Source: Candidatus Kaiserbacteria bacterium (GTDB taxonomy: Bacteria > Patescibacteriota > Minisyncoccia > Phycocordibacterales > UBA918). From it: a stretch of DNA of 64,000 nucleotides. Position 1 is the first letter of the stretch. Each line of letters opens with the position of its first letter. Positions 8,277 through 17,350 of the stretch are shown here, piece after piece. Where the stretch lies: contig JANPGF010000011.1 in assembly GCA_031423775.1 (NCBI GenBank), positions 31,502 to 95,501 of the forward strand, read 5' to 3'. Below the pieces are notes generated by a model. The model made no database searches, was not told the DNA's origin, and saw only the letters and a list, made by a program, of their open reading frames with translations. The position numbers and the translations under genes are program-made.

Positions 8277-9992
8277 TTATTCCCCGATCTTCTTCGCCGC
8301 TCCGCTTGTGAACGAAGGGCTGTGGACGAGCATGAACGCTTGCTGCTCGATCATATCGTTGATACACGTAAGCAAGGAAGGTTTCAGATTCTCTTCCGTA
8401 AAGAACCAGTTCACCGCCTGAACCGCCACCAGCTCTTGAAGCTGTTTGATCCGCCTATCAGACGTATCGCACTTTGCCCAAACCGGATGCCGGATGTTGA
8501 AGCGCAGCACCCCGAGGGTATCTTCAAAGATCCAGAGCCGTTCTTCCCCCGACAGATTCTCGTAGCTGAATTGGAGTCCAAATGAACCCCCTTCCACGAT
8601 ATGTCGCCGCGGCCCCTTTGGACCGGTTACCGTCAAAGGGTGATGGTCTTTGAGGGTTTGCGGAGGATCGGTTTGCGGCTTTGACGTACTTCCTCCGGTA
8701 GATGTCGCAGTAGTGCCGGTTTCTTTTTTAGTTCGCTGCGAAGGTACGTCTTGAACGCCCACAATGGCTTCGGCGTCACTGTGACCTTTTCCTATCGTTC
8801 CTTGCTTAAGGAGGTTAAGGAGTTCAGCTAAGTGTTTGAAACGCTCCGTGGTCAGCATAGCTTCGATGCTTTGCATCGATTCTAGTCCCAGTTTTTGGTA
8901 TCGTGCGCCCTGCTGGGATTCCTCGACGCTCTCTATATGGTGAGCACCAACTTCGAGGAACCACTGCTCGAGTGCTTGAGCGAAACGTACCAATCCGTCA
9001 TTCACATTGAATTGCTTACGGTTTTCATGCAGCGTAACGGCACCCGAATGGATCTCTCCTTCAAAGATCCCTGACTTGAGGGCATTCTTAACAGCTTCTG
9101 AGATATACTCGCCGCAGTTCTTGACGAGGAGGCCGAATTCAAAGCGGAACGGGTTGTGAGATTCACCTACCACAACCATCCCATTACTTTTCCCTTTGCG
9201 TCCTTCGGCCTTGGCCAGATAGAGACGAAAGGTCGTACGGATACCGTCACTATTGTGGATAAATTCAGGCAATCTCACTCCGGTATGTTCTGGAGCTTGC
9301 AAGCCATTTTGCGATTCGGTTTTACCAGCTTCGCTTGTGAATTCGATGTTCAGTAGAATCTTCTTGGTCCGCATGACAGACCCGTAACGGCTGAAGATCT
9401 CTTTGGCCAAGTCATCGATCGAACCGATCCGGCCAATCTCGCGATCGGTCGAATAGTTCCGCAGTGAGGTTTTTGTCCGCCACGTTACTTGGGAAACGAT
9501 TTTCGAATCGATGGTAAGGGTCTTGTTGGACTTTCCAAACCGAATGTTCGGTTGCGGAACGTGCGGGATACGTGGTTTTGGATTTGGTGCGATCTCTGCC
9601 GCACGGAAGGTCCACTGCATATAAGCGTCCACTTGGCCCTTGGGACACGAGGTGAAAGTCATCACCTCGCACTTATCAATGGGAGAAACCAGTCCATGCC
9701 CGAAGCGCCCCAACTTATCAGTCCCTTTGGACGATTGTCCGCGCCGCAGAAGGGCTTCGTTAAATTGTCCGGTTGACGTGCCCTCGCCATCATCAGAGAC
9801 ATCAAGACTACGCTTTTTCCGGTCAAGCTTCACCCAAATGTTTTTTGGGCTGCTATCGACCGCATTTTGAACTATCTCAAGGGTTGCAGCGATGAGAGTG
9901 GGATACAGTTTCGCAGACAGCATCAGGGAACTTCCCCCATGCATGCTGATCTCGCTGTCGCCTGCCGTCAGTGTAGTATTTTGCGCTATCAT
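8277..9992 (-). CDS. GHKL-superfamily (HATPase_c / MORC-like) ATPase, 571 aa
   Basis: N-box and G1-box motifs near the N-terminus (LEIVQNAVDSSPKN ... DVSDDGEGTS ... GRFGHGL). Its start overlaps the stop of the upstream ORF (ATGA), which indicates translational coupling. Confidence 0.6.
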   Translation of the reverse strand: MIAQNTTLTAGDSEISMHGGSSLMLSAKLYPTLIAATLEIVQNAVDSSPKNIWVKLDRKKRSLDVSDDGEGTSTGQFNEALLRRGQSSKGTDKLGRFGHGLVSPIDKCEVMTFTSCPKGQVDAYMQWTFRAAEIAPNPKPRIPHVPQPNIRFGKSNKTLTIDSKIVSQVTWRTKTSLRNYSTDREIGRIGSIDDLAKEIFSRYGSVMRTKKILLNIEFTSEAGKTESQNGLQAPEHTGVRLPEFIHNSDGIRTTFRLYLAKAEGRKGKSNGMVVVGESHNPFRFEFGLLVKNCGEYISEAVKNALKSGIFEGEIHSGAVTLHENRKQFNVNDGLVRFAQALEQWFLEVGAHHIESVEESQQGARYQKLGLESMQSIEAMLTTERFKHLAELLNLLKQGTIGKGHSDAEAIVGVQDVPSQRTKKETGTTATSTGGSTSKPQTDPPQTLKDHHPLTVTGPKGPRRHIVEGGSFGLQFSYENLSGEERLWIFEDTLGVLRFNIRHPVWAKCDTSDRRIKQLQELVAVQAVNWFFTEENLKPSLLTCINDMIEQQAFMLVHSPSFTSGAAKKIGE

Positions 9993-10801
9993 CGTTTAGT
10001 CTCCTGTTTGTTTGATTGGCTGCGCGCGCGTTCGCTGCACAGTTGATCAAATACATTACTGAGTTTAAAGATGTCGTCTCGGCCAGCCAGTTCACGTAAT
10101 ACTGCTCGTTCCTCGGCGGTGAAAGCATCGGAAACGATCAGTTCGAGCAGGGGCTTTAGTCCTTGCACGAGATGTGCGGCACTCTGCAGGATGGTATCGT
10201 GTGACAATTTTGGTTTTGTTTTCTCGGGGGCCTTTGGCAGCATTGGTTTGCTGGTCAAAGGGGCTACTACTTCTGTCGGCACCACGGTAAGGATGGGTGC
10301 TACAACTTCAATAGCAATTGGCAATTTAGCCGCACCATACTGTTCGTCGAACAGTTGCTTTGCGACTTCCAGGTCCTCGGCGTGCTGATTGATGAATTGT
10401 CGCAATGCCGGTTCCCTCTCTTCAAGAATTGACCGGTCGTATTCAAATGCCTGGTACATCTTGTCGGTAGGTGTGGCACCTTGAAACCCAAAGCCATCGA
10501 TTGCGAGCGTTCGCGCGTCCATGACTCCAAGGGCAAACAATTTGATCGCGCGCTGATAGAGGGGTCGGATATTCACAAATTGCGGTATGGTGTAGCCTAG
10601 TTGGGAGAAGAAGGCGATTGAGCGCCATTTATTCCCGCCAGTTGGGTTGTTTTTCCCATTTAACCACCGTGTGATGGTTGGGTTTTGGCTCGCCCCCGTG
10701 AATTCGCCTAGTAAAAGACGCCTAGGGTCGTTCTTAGGAAATCGCGTATTAAAGTCGCGAAAACATTCCTCCAGTGTGAGTGGGTGACTAGTTATCTGCA
10801 T
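9989..10801 (-). CDS. Hypothetical protein, translationally coupled partner of the GHKL ATPase
   Basis: ORF ending in ATGA overlap with the downstream ATPase. The ATG at 10801 has an AAGGAAA RBS; the TTG at 10828 is an alternative start. Confidence 0.5.
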   Translation of the reverse strand: MQITSHPLTLEECFRDFNTRFPKNDPRRLLLGEFTGASQNPTITRWLNGKNNPTGGNKWRSIAFFSQLGYTIPQFVNIRPLYQRAIKLFALGVMDARTLAIDGFGFQGATPTDKMYQAFEYDRSILEEREPALRQFINQHAEDLEVAKQLFDEQYGAAKLPIAIEVVAPILTVVPTEVVAPLTSKPMLPKAPEKTKPKLSHDTILQSAAHLVQGLKPLLELIVSDAFTAEERAVLRELAGRDDIFKLSNVFDQLCSERARSQSNKQETKR

Positions 10802-10996
10802 GTGTAGTTTCCTTGTGTCAAAGGACAATTTCCCTAATCGCCATCATAGAGTGTTAATTATGTTTGTCAAGAAGTATATGCAATTATATACTTATTTTTC
10901 AACCTATTTCAATAAAATTCACACAAAAACTCACCACCAATTTTAGAAATTTTATCTAAGACCAGACATTATTTAAATTATCGGTATACTACTGCT

Positions 10997-11275
10997 ATGG
11001 AATTCTCGGAACGCGGCATTCAAACACTAGAAAAAGAGGGTTTTTCTAGTGTTTCAGAATTAGTTGGTTCTCCTGATGTTGTGCAGTCTTTTCCAGAGGC
11101 TCTGTCCCCGGTTGCGCTACTCGTGACTGACGGGATGCTTACCGTGGTATACGGCAGTACCACACGTCATTTACAGGTTGGAGACAGATTAGATATTCCA
11201 AGCTCTGTCCCTTATGTTATTTCAGCTGGTCCGACTGGCTACCAGCTGATTTTTGGCGAAAATAAGGAAGTTTAA
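10997..11275 (+). CDS. Small cupin-like hypothetical protein
   Basis: 92-aa ORF with a Gly-rich beta-strand pattern reminiscent of small cupins. Weak support. Confidence 0.35.
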   Translation: MEFSERGIQTLEKEGFSSVSELVGSPDVVQSFPEALSPVALLVTDGMLTVVYGSTTRHLQVGDRLDIPSSVPYVISAGPTGYQLIFGENKEV

Positions 11276-11333
11276 TTGTAAAATCAAAGTATTTTAGTAT
11301 AGTTGCTGATAGAGGTACCTTACAGGAGGTGTC

Positions 11334-12065
11334 ATGGGAAATAAACGACTGATTTTGCTTGATCATGCGATACGAAGAATCAAACACGGGGACGAACACG
11401 GTCGTCGGACTCAGCTGAAAACCATGCAAGTGCTTGATATTATTGGGGATCCACGCCTCTATGTCCCCTATCGTGGAAAAGTCAGTGACGGACGAGTGTT
11501 TTTTAGTGTAGTAGACCAAAAATGCTTGGTGGCCTGGATCGAAGAGTGCGATACTCACTACAAAGTGCACACGGTTGAAAATCATCACAACCTAATCCCC
11601 TTGCCAGTACTCTTGCGTGCCGAACAAAAAGTGCTTGGTGATATGGGATTTATGCGGCGGTTCACAAAACCCCCTGCGGACCCATCCTCTGATGCTATTT
11701 GCCGAATTAGTTCGGGTGATCTAACCCTAACCTTGTCCGGGTATCTGCATCAAGGTATCAGTTGGTGGCGTTCTGCGACAAATGTTAGGCAACTCCTGGG
11801 TTTTATCCAGAAACACGATCTTGACGGTACGGAATCGTTGATTCTTAACGGTCATGTGTGGCATGGTCGCAAGGAACGCATAGTGGAATGGAGTGAGCGG
11901 TTCCCTCTCACCTTGCCCCGAACACTGTACCAGGCGGGCAATCAGCCTGGCACAACGCCAGATTTTGCGACAATCACTGCACAGGTACTGGAAAACAACG
12001 CAGAAAGGAGGAAATTATGTCTAGTAAAAGACAATTACGTTGGCGCTCGTGCGAAAAGAAAATAA
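11334..12065 (+). CDS. Hypothetical protein (243 aa)
   Basis: Long ORF with an RBS (ACAGGAGGTGTC) upstream of the ATG. No family recognised. Confidence 0.45.
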   Translation: MGNKRLILLDHAIRRIKHGDEHGRRTQLKTMQVLDIIGDPRLYVPYRGKVSDGRVFFSVVDQKCLVAWIEECDTHYKVHTVENHHNLIPLPVLLRAEQKVLGDMGFMRRFTKPPADPSSDAICRISSGDLTLTLSGYLHQGISWWRSATNVRQLLGFIQKHDLDGTESLILNGHVWHGRKERIVEWSERFPLTLPRTLYQAGNQPGTTPDFATITAQVLENNAERRKLCLVKDNYVGARAKRK

Positions 12066-12220
12066 AACACGAGTCCCAAGACCAGGCATATGTTCATAGG
12101 CGTCGTCTACCTGGTCGCTATTCCGTGTATAAGTGTACGTTTTGTGGCGGTTGGCATGTTGGACGTGCGACCAAAGAAGTAAAACAAGCAATGGCTGCTC
12201 GCCAAGAACGTAAACGGTAA
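12017..12220 (+). CDS. Small zinc-ribbon-like basic protein (67 aa), overlapping the end of the previous ORF
   Basis: CEKK...CTFCGGWHV gives a C-x-C ... CxxC pattern. RBS GGAGGAAATT before the ATG. Confidence 0.3.
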   Translation: MSSKRQLRWRSCEKKIKHESQDQAYVHRRRLPGRYSVYKCTFCGGWHVGRATKEVKQAMAARQERKR

Positions 12221-12320
12221 AACATACACCGGCAGATTCGTCTGCCGGTTTTTCATTGCCTGACTTGTTGATAGTCTATAAATGAACACTGCTAACAGTA
12301 TATAATATACATGCTTTGCT

Positions 12321-13004
12321 ATGACAAAAGTTGGTACCTACAAACCTGAAGCCTACGAACAAGCCGTTCAATTTCGGCGTCGCGGCTTCACATACTCTGA
12401 AATAGCCAAGATTTGCGCCGTTTCCCGTGGCACTATCAGTAATTGGCTTAAAAATGAAGACTTTTCGCAAGTCGTGGCCAAAGATAATCAAAAGAAAGCC
12501 GCTCTCGATAATACAAAACGATTATCTTTGATTAATAAAGCTCGCAATAGCGAACGTAAAAATCAGTACGATGCCATCGTAAAGGCTGCGGAAACAGAAT
12601 ATAAGCATTATCGTACCTCCCCGCTCTTTACGGCCGGCCTAGCGCTCTATATGAGTATTGGTGACCATGCTGACGCACGAGTGATTCGTGTAACGAGTAG
12701 TAATAGTAACTTGCACCGCATCTTTATCAGATTTGCTATGGAGTATCTCGGTGTTGAGAAAAAAAATCTTCATATTTGGCTCCTTCTCTATCCTGATCTG
12801 GACGAAGTGACCTGCATGAAACACTGGATCAAGAAAACTAGCCTGAATGCCAGCCATTTCTACAAAAATCAGATAGTAAACAGCCGTAGCAACAAAGCCA
12901 CGTTGCATTTTGGTGTTGGAAATACTATAATCGGCAGTACTTTGCTCAAGCGCAAGTTAGAAACCTGGCTACAGCTTGCAACAAAGGAGCTTACAATCAA
13001 GTAA
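12321..13004 (+). CDS. HTH domain plus LAGLIDADG-like homing-endonuclease-like protein (paralog of 3552-4226)
   Basis: HTH-like AVQFRRRGFTYSEIAKICAVSRGTISNWL plus LFTAGLALYMSIGDHADARVIRV. It is collinear with the 3552-4226 protein, and its stop codon lies 2 nt before tRNA-Gly(GCC). Confidence 0.5.
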   Translation: MTKVGTYKPEAYEQAVQFRRRGFTYSEIAKICAVSRGTISNWLKNEDFSQVVAKDNQKKAALDNTKRLSLINKARNSERKNQYDAIVKAAETEYKHYRTSPLFTAGLALYMSIGDHADARVIRVTSSNSNLHRIFIRFAMEYLGVEKKNLHIWLLLYPDLDEVTCMKHWIKKTSLNASHFYKNQIVNSRSNKATLHFGVGNTIIGSTLLKRKLETWLQLATKELTIK

Positions 13005-13006
13005 AT

Positions 13007-13078
13007 GCGGCCATGGTTAAGTGGTATAATGAGTCCTTGCCAAGGATTAGTCGGGGTTTCGATTACCCCTGGCCGCAC
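13007..13078 (+). tRNA. tRNA-Gly (anticodon GCC)
   Basis: Manual fold: acceptor GCGGCCA/TGGCCGC, D-stem GTTA/TAAT, anticodon stem AGTCC/GGATT with loop TTGCCAA, T-arm GGGGT-TTCGATT-ACCCC. CCA is not encoded. Confidence 0.75.
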
Positions 13079-13110
13079 TTATGAAAAAGACCCTCACACG
13101 GGGTCTTTTT

Positions 13111-13285
13111 CATATGTGCGGCCAGGAGAAAGGTGCCTGCGCACCTTTCGGGGTAATCGAAACCGCCTGAATGATGTAGCTTTGCTACGAATGAGGCGTG
13201 ACCCGCGGCACTTGCTAGATTTGGAGCCGTTAGGCGAACAAATATAGCTTAGTGACCGTCAGGTTTCGATTACCCCTGGCCGCAC
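13111..13285 (+). repeat. tRNA-Gly(GCC)-derived pseudo element: degenerate 5' acceptor half (GCGGCCAGG) plus an exact 24-nt copy of the tRNA 3' half (13261-13284), with about 150 nt of unrelated sequence between them
   Basis: The sequence ggtttcgattacccctggccgcac is an exact 24-nt direct repeat of 13055-13078. Each copy is followed by a terminator-like hairpin. Confidence 0.45.
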
Positions 13286-13467
13286 ATATTAAGAAGACAC
13301 CCTTCTCTAGAAGGGTGTCTTCTTAATTTTGCCCGGGTAATCGAAAGCCCGATTGAGCTATATTGGAAGCGTAGCGCACCAATCTAGCCAATTGGGGTAC
13401 TGCTCCTGTAAGGAGGCGATTACCCCCCCCATAGTCAGATTTACACTCTCCATCTATACTTCTACCA

Positions 13468-13932
13468 ATGAATCCTCCAGTGATAGTCTACTTCCACGGT
13501 ACAATTGCTGAACAAGTAGCAGCATTAGTCGCGGTCCCCCACATTGCATACGCAATTGAATCAAATCTAGGTTCAGTTGAAGAGATTGTGCATAAACTAC
13601 AGGTCCTTAAACCACCATTAATAATTGCACTCGGCTCATATTCTGGTCGAGATAGTGAAAACCTACGAATTGAGTGTCTGTGTAATACAAAATGGCGTAA
13701 TACAACACTGAGTCAATTCCCTATTACATATATTAGAACTGCTCTACATGAAACAAAAGTAAGTAAGTTTACATACAAACATGGCAATTCCTGGTGCAAT
13801 CTCCTATCGCTGCAAGCAATTAATACAGAGGAGATAAGTAATGTCTATAATTTCATCCATATACCGAAAACATTTCATGTGGAACTTGCGGCCCAAGAAA
13901 TTATCAATCAGTTGGAACTAATATCAAAATAA
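13468..13932 (+). CDS. Pyroglutamyl-peptidase I (peptidase C15)-like protein
   Basis: Matches around the catalytic triad of PCP: Glu segment ALGSYSGRDSENLRIE, Cys segment GNSWCNLL (compare LYLCNYV), His segment NFIHIPK (compare GFIHVPY). The N-terminus is divergent. Confidence 0.5.
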   Translation: MNPPVIVYFHGTIAEQVAALVAVPHIAYAIESNLGSVEEIVHKLQVLKPPLIIALGSYSGRDSENLRIECLCNTKWRNTTLSQFPITYIRTALHETKVSKFTYKHGNSWCNLLSLQAINTEEISNVYNFIHIPKTFHVELAAQEIINQLELISK

Positions 13933-14357
13933 CCCGATTCAAACTTATCCCCAGTTCCCTGCGACACCTGACCGATAAAGCGGTCACTCGTCTCTGACAC
14001 AGTGTCACGTGAAAGGGGGATAACTGAGTGAACATGTGTATAAAGGACAAAACATAAAAGACAAGTATCCTATACACATATAGCTTAAAATATAGATTGT
14101 CTCGATAAAACTGTGTATAAGTAGATGAAATAAATGTACCACGTGAAACAAACAAAGCATATTGCACGTAGAACAATGGATCAGTCCAAAAACTTCGTGT
14201 GCTGGTTAGAATGTGTTTACTTAAATCATCTATTGTTGCACGTAAAACGTAGAATTGAACCAGAAGTAATTAATTAACCCAAAATAACAACGTTGCATAT
14301 GAAACTAGTGTTTTAAACAGTTCACATGTACTAGTCCAGGTAGCAAATGATAAAATT

Positions 14358-14783
14358 GTGTTACACGTGCAACCTAAAGACAATAAAAAGCTTCAAAATA
14401 AGGTAATTGGCAATCAAGGTGAGTTAATCACTGCAAATTTTCTTACACAAAAAGGATTTACCTTTATTGAGATGAATTACCGTCGAAAATGGGGAGAGAT
14501 TGACGTTATTGTGCAAAAAGATCAGAAAATACACTTTGTTGAGGTAAAAACTGTTTCATATGGAACTAAAGCTGATTTGGAACGGGCTGTTACACATGGC
14601 ACGTGGCGTCCCGAGGAAAATGTCCATGCGTTTAAAATTAAAAAGTTGTCTCGGGCAATAGATAGCTGGATTGCCGATAATAAATGGAAAGGAGACTGGC
14701 AAATTGATGTAGCAGCAGTAAGAGTTGTACCACGTGAAACGTACGCAACAATTAAGATAATTGATAACGTTATTTTGGGATAG
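14358..14783 (+). CDS. YraN-family (UPF0102) endonuclease-like protein
   Basis: GELITANFLTQKGFTFIEMNYRRKWGEIDVIVQ...HFVEVK follows the YraN pattern (GE..A..YL...G......NyR...GEIDli....l.FVEVK). The track start at 14358 is a GTG. Confidence 0.65.
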   Translation: MLHVQPKDNKKLQNKVIGNQGELITANFLTQKGFTFIEMNYRRKWGEIDVIVQKDQKIHFVEVKTVSYGTKADLERAVTHGTWRPEENVHAFKIKKLSRAIDSWIADNKWKGDWQIDVAAVRVVPRETYATIKIIDNVILG

Positions 14784-15078
14784 GGAATTACAGTTTCATG
14801 TGGAAAGATACAGTTTGTGTCATGTGGAACTTCATCAGTCGCCTAAATCTCTATTTGATTCATTAATCTCACAATCAACCAGACAGTCATGGTTAATAAA
14901 CCACTTCATGAAAAATGTTGTAATTGTAATTGTCACAAAAATGAAGATTTTAAAAACAACTTGTTTTGATTCATTGCAAATATTTTACTAATTATTTTAG
15001 GTTTCAGTTGTTCTGTATTTATGATTAATAGGCAGTCTCTACCAAGTAATTATTCGATCTTGTATTAAGAATATACAA

Positions 15079-15115
15079 AAACACCAGTTTCATATGAAAC
15101 TGGTGTTTTTGTTGT
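15079..15115. terminator. Bidirectional terminator
   Basis: Hairpin aacaccagtttcatatgaaactggtgtt flanked by A and T runs. Confidence 0.5.
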
Positions 15116-15117
15116 TG

Positions 15118-15188
15118 TCGGGGAGCAGAGAATCGAACTCTGACCATCCGGTCCCAAACCGGATACACTACCACTATGCTACACCCCG
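15118..15188 (-). tRNA. tRNA-Pro (anticodon TGG)
   Basis: Reverse complement folds as acceptor CGGGGTG/CTCCCCG (one U-U mismatch), anticodon stem TCCGG/CCGGA with loop TTTGGGA, T-arm CAGAG-TTCGATT-CTCTG. Confidence 0.7.
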
Positions 15189-15372
15189 ATGTAGCCACTA
15201 ATTATTAGGTGCTTGCGTGTGCAAGTACTGAAATCAGTTGCATTGTTATATCATATTACGATTAAATCGTCTAATGCTTTTTGCGCTCCTCTGCGTGTAG
15301 AATACGGTGACAATTTGCACAAATAACAGCACATTTAGCAATTTCAGCCTCGAGTCTTTTAATTCCATATTG

Positions 15373-15648
15373 TTAGTAATAGTAATCAGCAATACTAAAT
15401 TCCTTTTTACTGGTATCAAGATGGTGAAATTCGAGCACTCTCGGATCGGTTATTCCGCAACGCATGCAGCCTTGGAGTTCCTTAGTAGTCTCAATTAATT
15501 CTCGACGCTTTGCTTTTAGTGCGTTTTTTGTTTTTCTGTAGCAAAAACGGCATTTTTGTCTTCGATAAATTTTTAAATCAGTTGTTTTTGCTACGCCGAA
15601 ATCTGTTTCTGGGTATGAATTTCCGCAATATCGACATAGCTTCATCAT
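15373..15648 (-). CDS. Small HNH-family endonuclease (about 91 aa)
   Basis: CxxC ... CRFCYRK ... CMRCG ... LEFHHLD matches a zinc-binding HNH motif. The start is taken at MMKLCRYCG. Confidence 0.55.
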   Translation of the reverse strand: MMKLCRYCGNSYPETDFGVAKTTDLKIYRRQKCRFCYRKTKNALKAKRRELIETTKELQGCMRCGITDPRVLEFHHLDTSKKEFSIADYYY

Positions 15649-15752
15649 AGTGTAAGTATATGCAACATGAGCAATGTATAACAGGTCCCAAAAATTAAGA
15701 CTGTGAATATCATTTCCCAAAGCATTAGTAATAAGGCACAATAGAGGCCTAT

Positions 15753-16676
15753 ATGATTACCTACTATTTCCGTACTATTAAAGACGATTCCTTGAAAACG
15801 CTTGATGAGGCGCGGACGGGGGTGTGGGTGCACGTGGTCGCCCCAACAGCTGATGAAATAACCAAGATTATCAAGGATTTCTCACTTGATGATGATATTA
15901 TCGAAGATGCGCAGGACTTTTTTGAAGTACCGCGACTCGAACGGTCGCAGGGGGCAGCGTATTTCTTTACGCGCTATCCGTTTGCAGATCAAAAAGAGGG
16001 GACTGACACCGCACCGCTCCTTATTGTAATGGGGGAATCGTTCGTATTAACGCTGGCTCTGCGTGAAGTGCCACCCTTTAAACGTTTGATTGAGGGTAAG
16101 GAAATGGTGGTCACCACGCAAAAAGCCAAGCTGTTTATTCAGATTATGGACGCACTGACTCATTCATTTGATACCGAATCAATGCGTTTACGTAAGGCTG
16201 TGCAAAAAGATCGGGCTCGACTCCATAAAATTGGTCCCCGCGATATCGAGCGATTGGTAGGCTACGAAACGCGTTTGAATACCATGGTTGATGCCCTGAC
16301 TCCTACCAATAGTTGGCTCCAACAGGTACCAAAAGGTAATTTTATGCAGCTTTTTGCTGAAGATATTGAAACAATGGAGGATTTGGTGATTGCGAATAAT
16401 CAGGTGGTGAACTCAGCTCGCTCAATTTTAAAGACAATTCAGAATATTCGAAGTTCAATTGAAGCTATTATGACGAGTCGTTTGAATAACTCGCTCCGCA
16501 TCCTGACTGTGGTGACTATTTTGCTGACTGTGCCAATGGTAGTAGCTTCACTCTATGGTATGAACGTTGAATTACCGTTTCAGCATAGTCGATACGCTTT
16601 TGTCGGGATTATCACTACTAGTATCACTGTGATGGGTATTGCGTTCACTATTTTCAAGAAAAACGACTGGTTTTAA
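15753..16676 (+). CDS. corA: CorA-family Mg2+/Co2+ transporter
   Basis: C-terminal YGMN signature between two TM helices (SLYGMNVELPF). Length 307 aa. Confidence 0.85.
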   Translation: MITYYFRTIKDDSLKTLDEARTGVWVHVVAPTADEITKIIKDFSLDDDIIEDAQDFFEVPRLERSQGAAYFFTRYPFADQKEGTDTAPLLIVMGESFVLTLALREVPPFKRLIEGKEMVVTTQKAKLFIQIMDALTHSFDTESMRLRKAVQKDRARLHKIGPRDIERLVGYETRLNTMVDALTPTNSWLQQVPKGNFMQLFAEDIETMEDLVIANNQVVNSARSILKTIQNIRSSIEAIMTSRLNNSLRILTVVTILLTVPMVVASLYGMNVELPFQHSRYAFVGIITTSITVMGIAFTIFKKNDWF

Positions 16677-16720
16677 CGAATTTTTCATACAAATGTCCCC
16701 TGTGGATAAGTTGGTAAGAA

Positions 16721-17341
16721 TTGGTCAGGTGCCCCGTCTACATATATAATGGTTCCCACATGAAGGGTCATCAAACGACAAATACTATGGGAACCCACGA
16801 AGCAAGTTTTTTGAAAGCTTTTGAGGATTATAGCGATGCGCTTTTCCGGCACGCTACGGTTCGTATCAGTGATCGGGAACGGGCGATTGATTTGGTGCAT
16901 GACACTTTTACAAAAGTATGGACCTATGTCCGAAATGGTCATGACATCGAGAGCTACCGGCCGTTTCTCTATAAGGTGCTCAACAACTTAATTATCGATG
17001 AGTACCGCAAGCAGAAAGAAGCATCTTTAGACGCATTGCTTGAGCGGGATGGAGTGGACGAGGGATCCTTCGAAGAGCTGCGGGAGAGTAATGTTGAAGC
17101 GCTTGCTGCTACCATTGATGGGAAACAGGCGCTAGATCTCATCGCTACGTTGCCGGATGTCTACCGCGAAGTACTGATTCTCCGCTTTGTAGATGGGCTT
17201 GGCCCTCGAGAAATCAGCGTGCTGATTGAAGAGACTGAAAATGTAGTGTCAGTTCGAATCCATCGAGGGCTGAAACAATTGAGGGATATTATCGAGGGGG
17301 CCACCAATGAACGTGAAGCAAACCGCCTTAGGGCACAATAA
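16721..17341 (+). CDS. RNA polymerase ECF-type sigma-70 factor
   Basis: Region 2 (DLVHDTFTKVW) and region 4 HTH (LPDVYREVLILRFVDGLGPREISVLIEETENVVSVRIHRGL). The true start is probably one of the internal Met codons. Confidence 0.8.
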   Translation: MVRCPVYIYNGSHMKGHQTTNTMGTHEASFLKAFEDYSDALFRHATVRISDRERAIDLVHDTFTKVWTYVRNGHDIESYRPFLYKVLNNLIIDEYRKQKEASLDALLERDGVDEGSFEELRESNVEALAATIDGKQALDLIATLPDVYREVLILRFVDGLGPREISVLIEETENVVSVRIHRGLKQLRDIIEGATNEREANRLRAQ

Positions 17342-17350
17342 ATTTTAATA

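Noticed and set aside
13005-13247. 80-aa ORF called in the six-frame track
   Set aside because: It lies entirely over tRNA-Gly(GCC) and the tRNA-fragment repeats, with no RBS. It is treated as non-coding.
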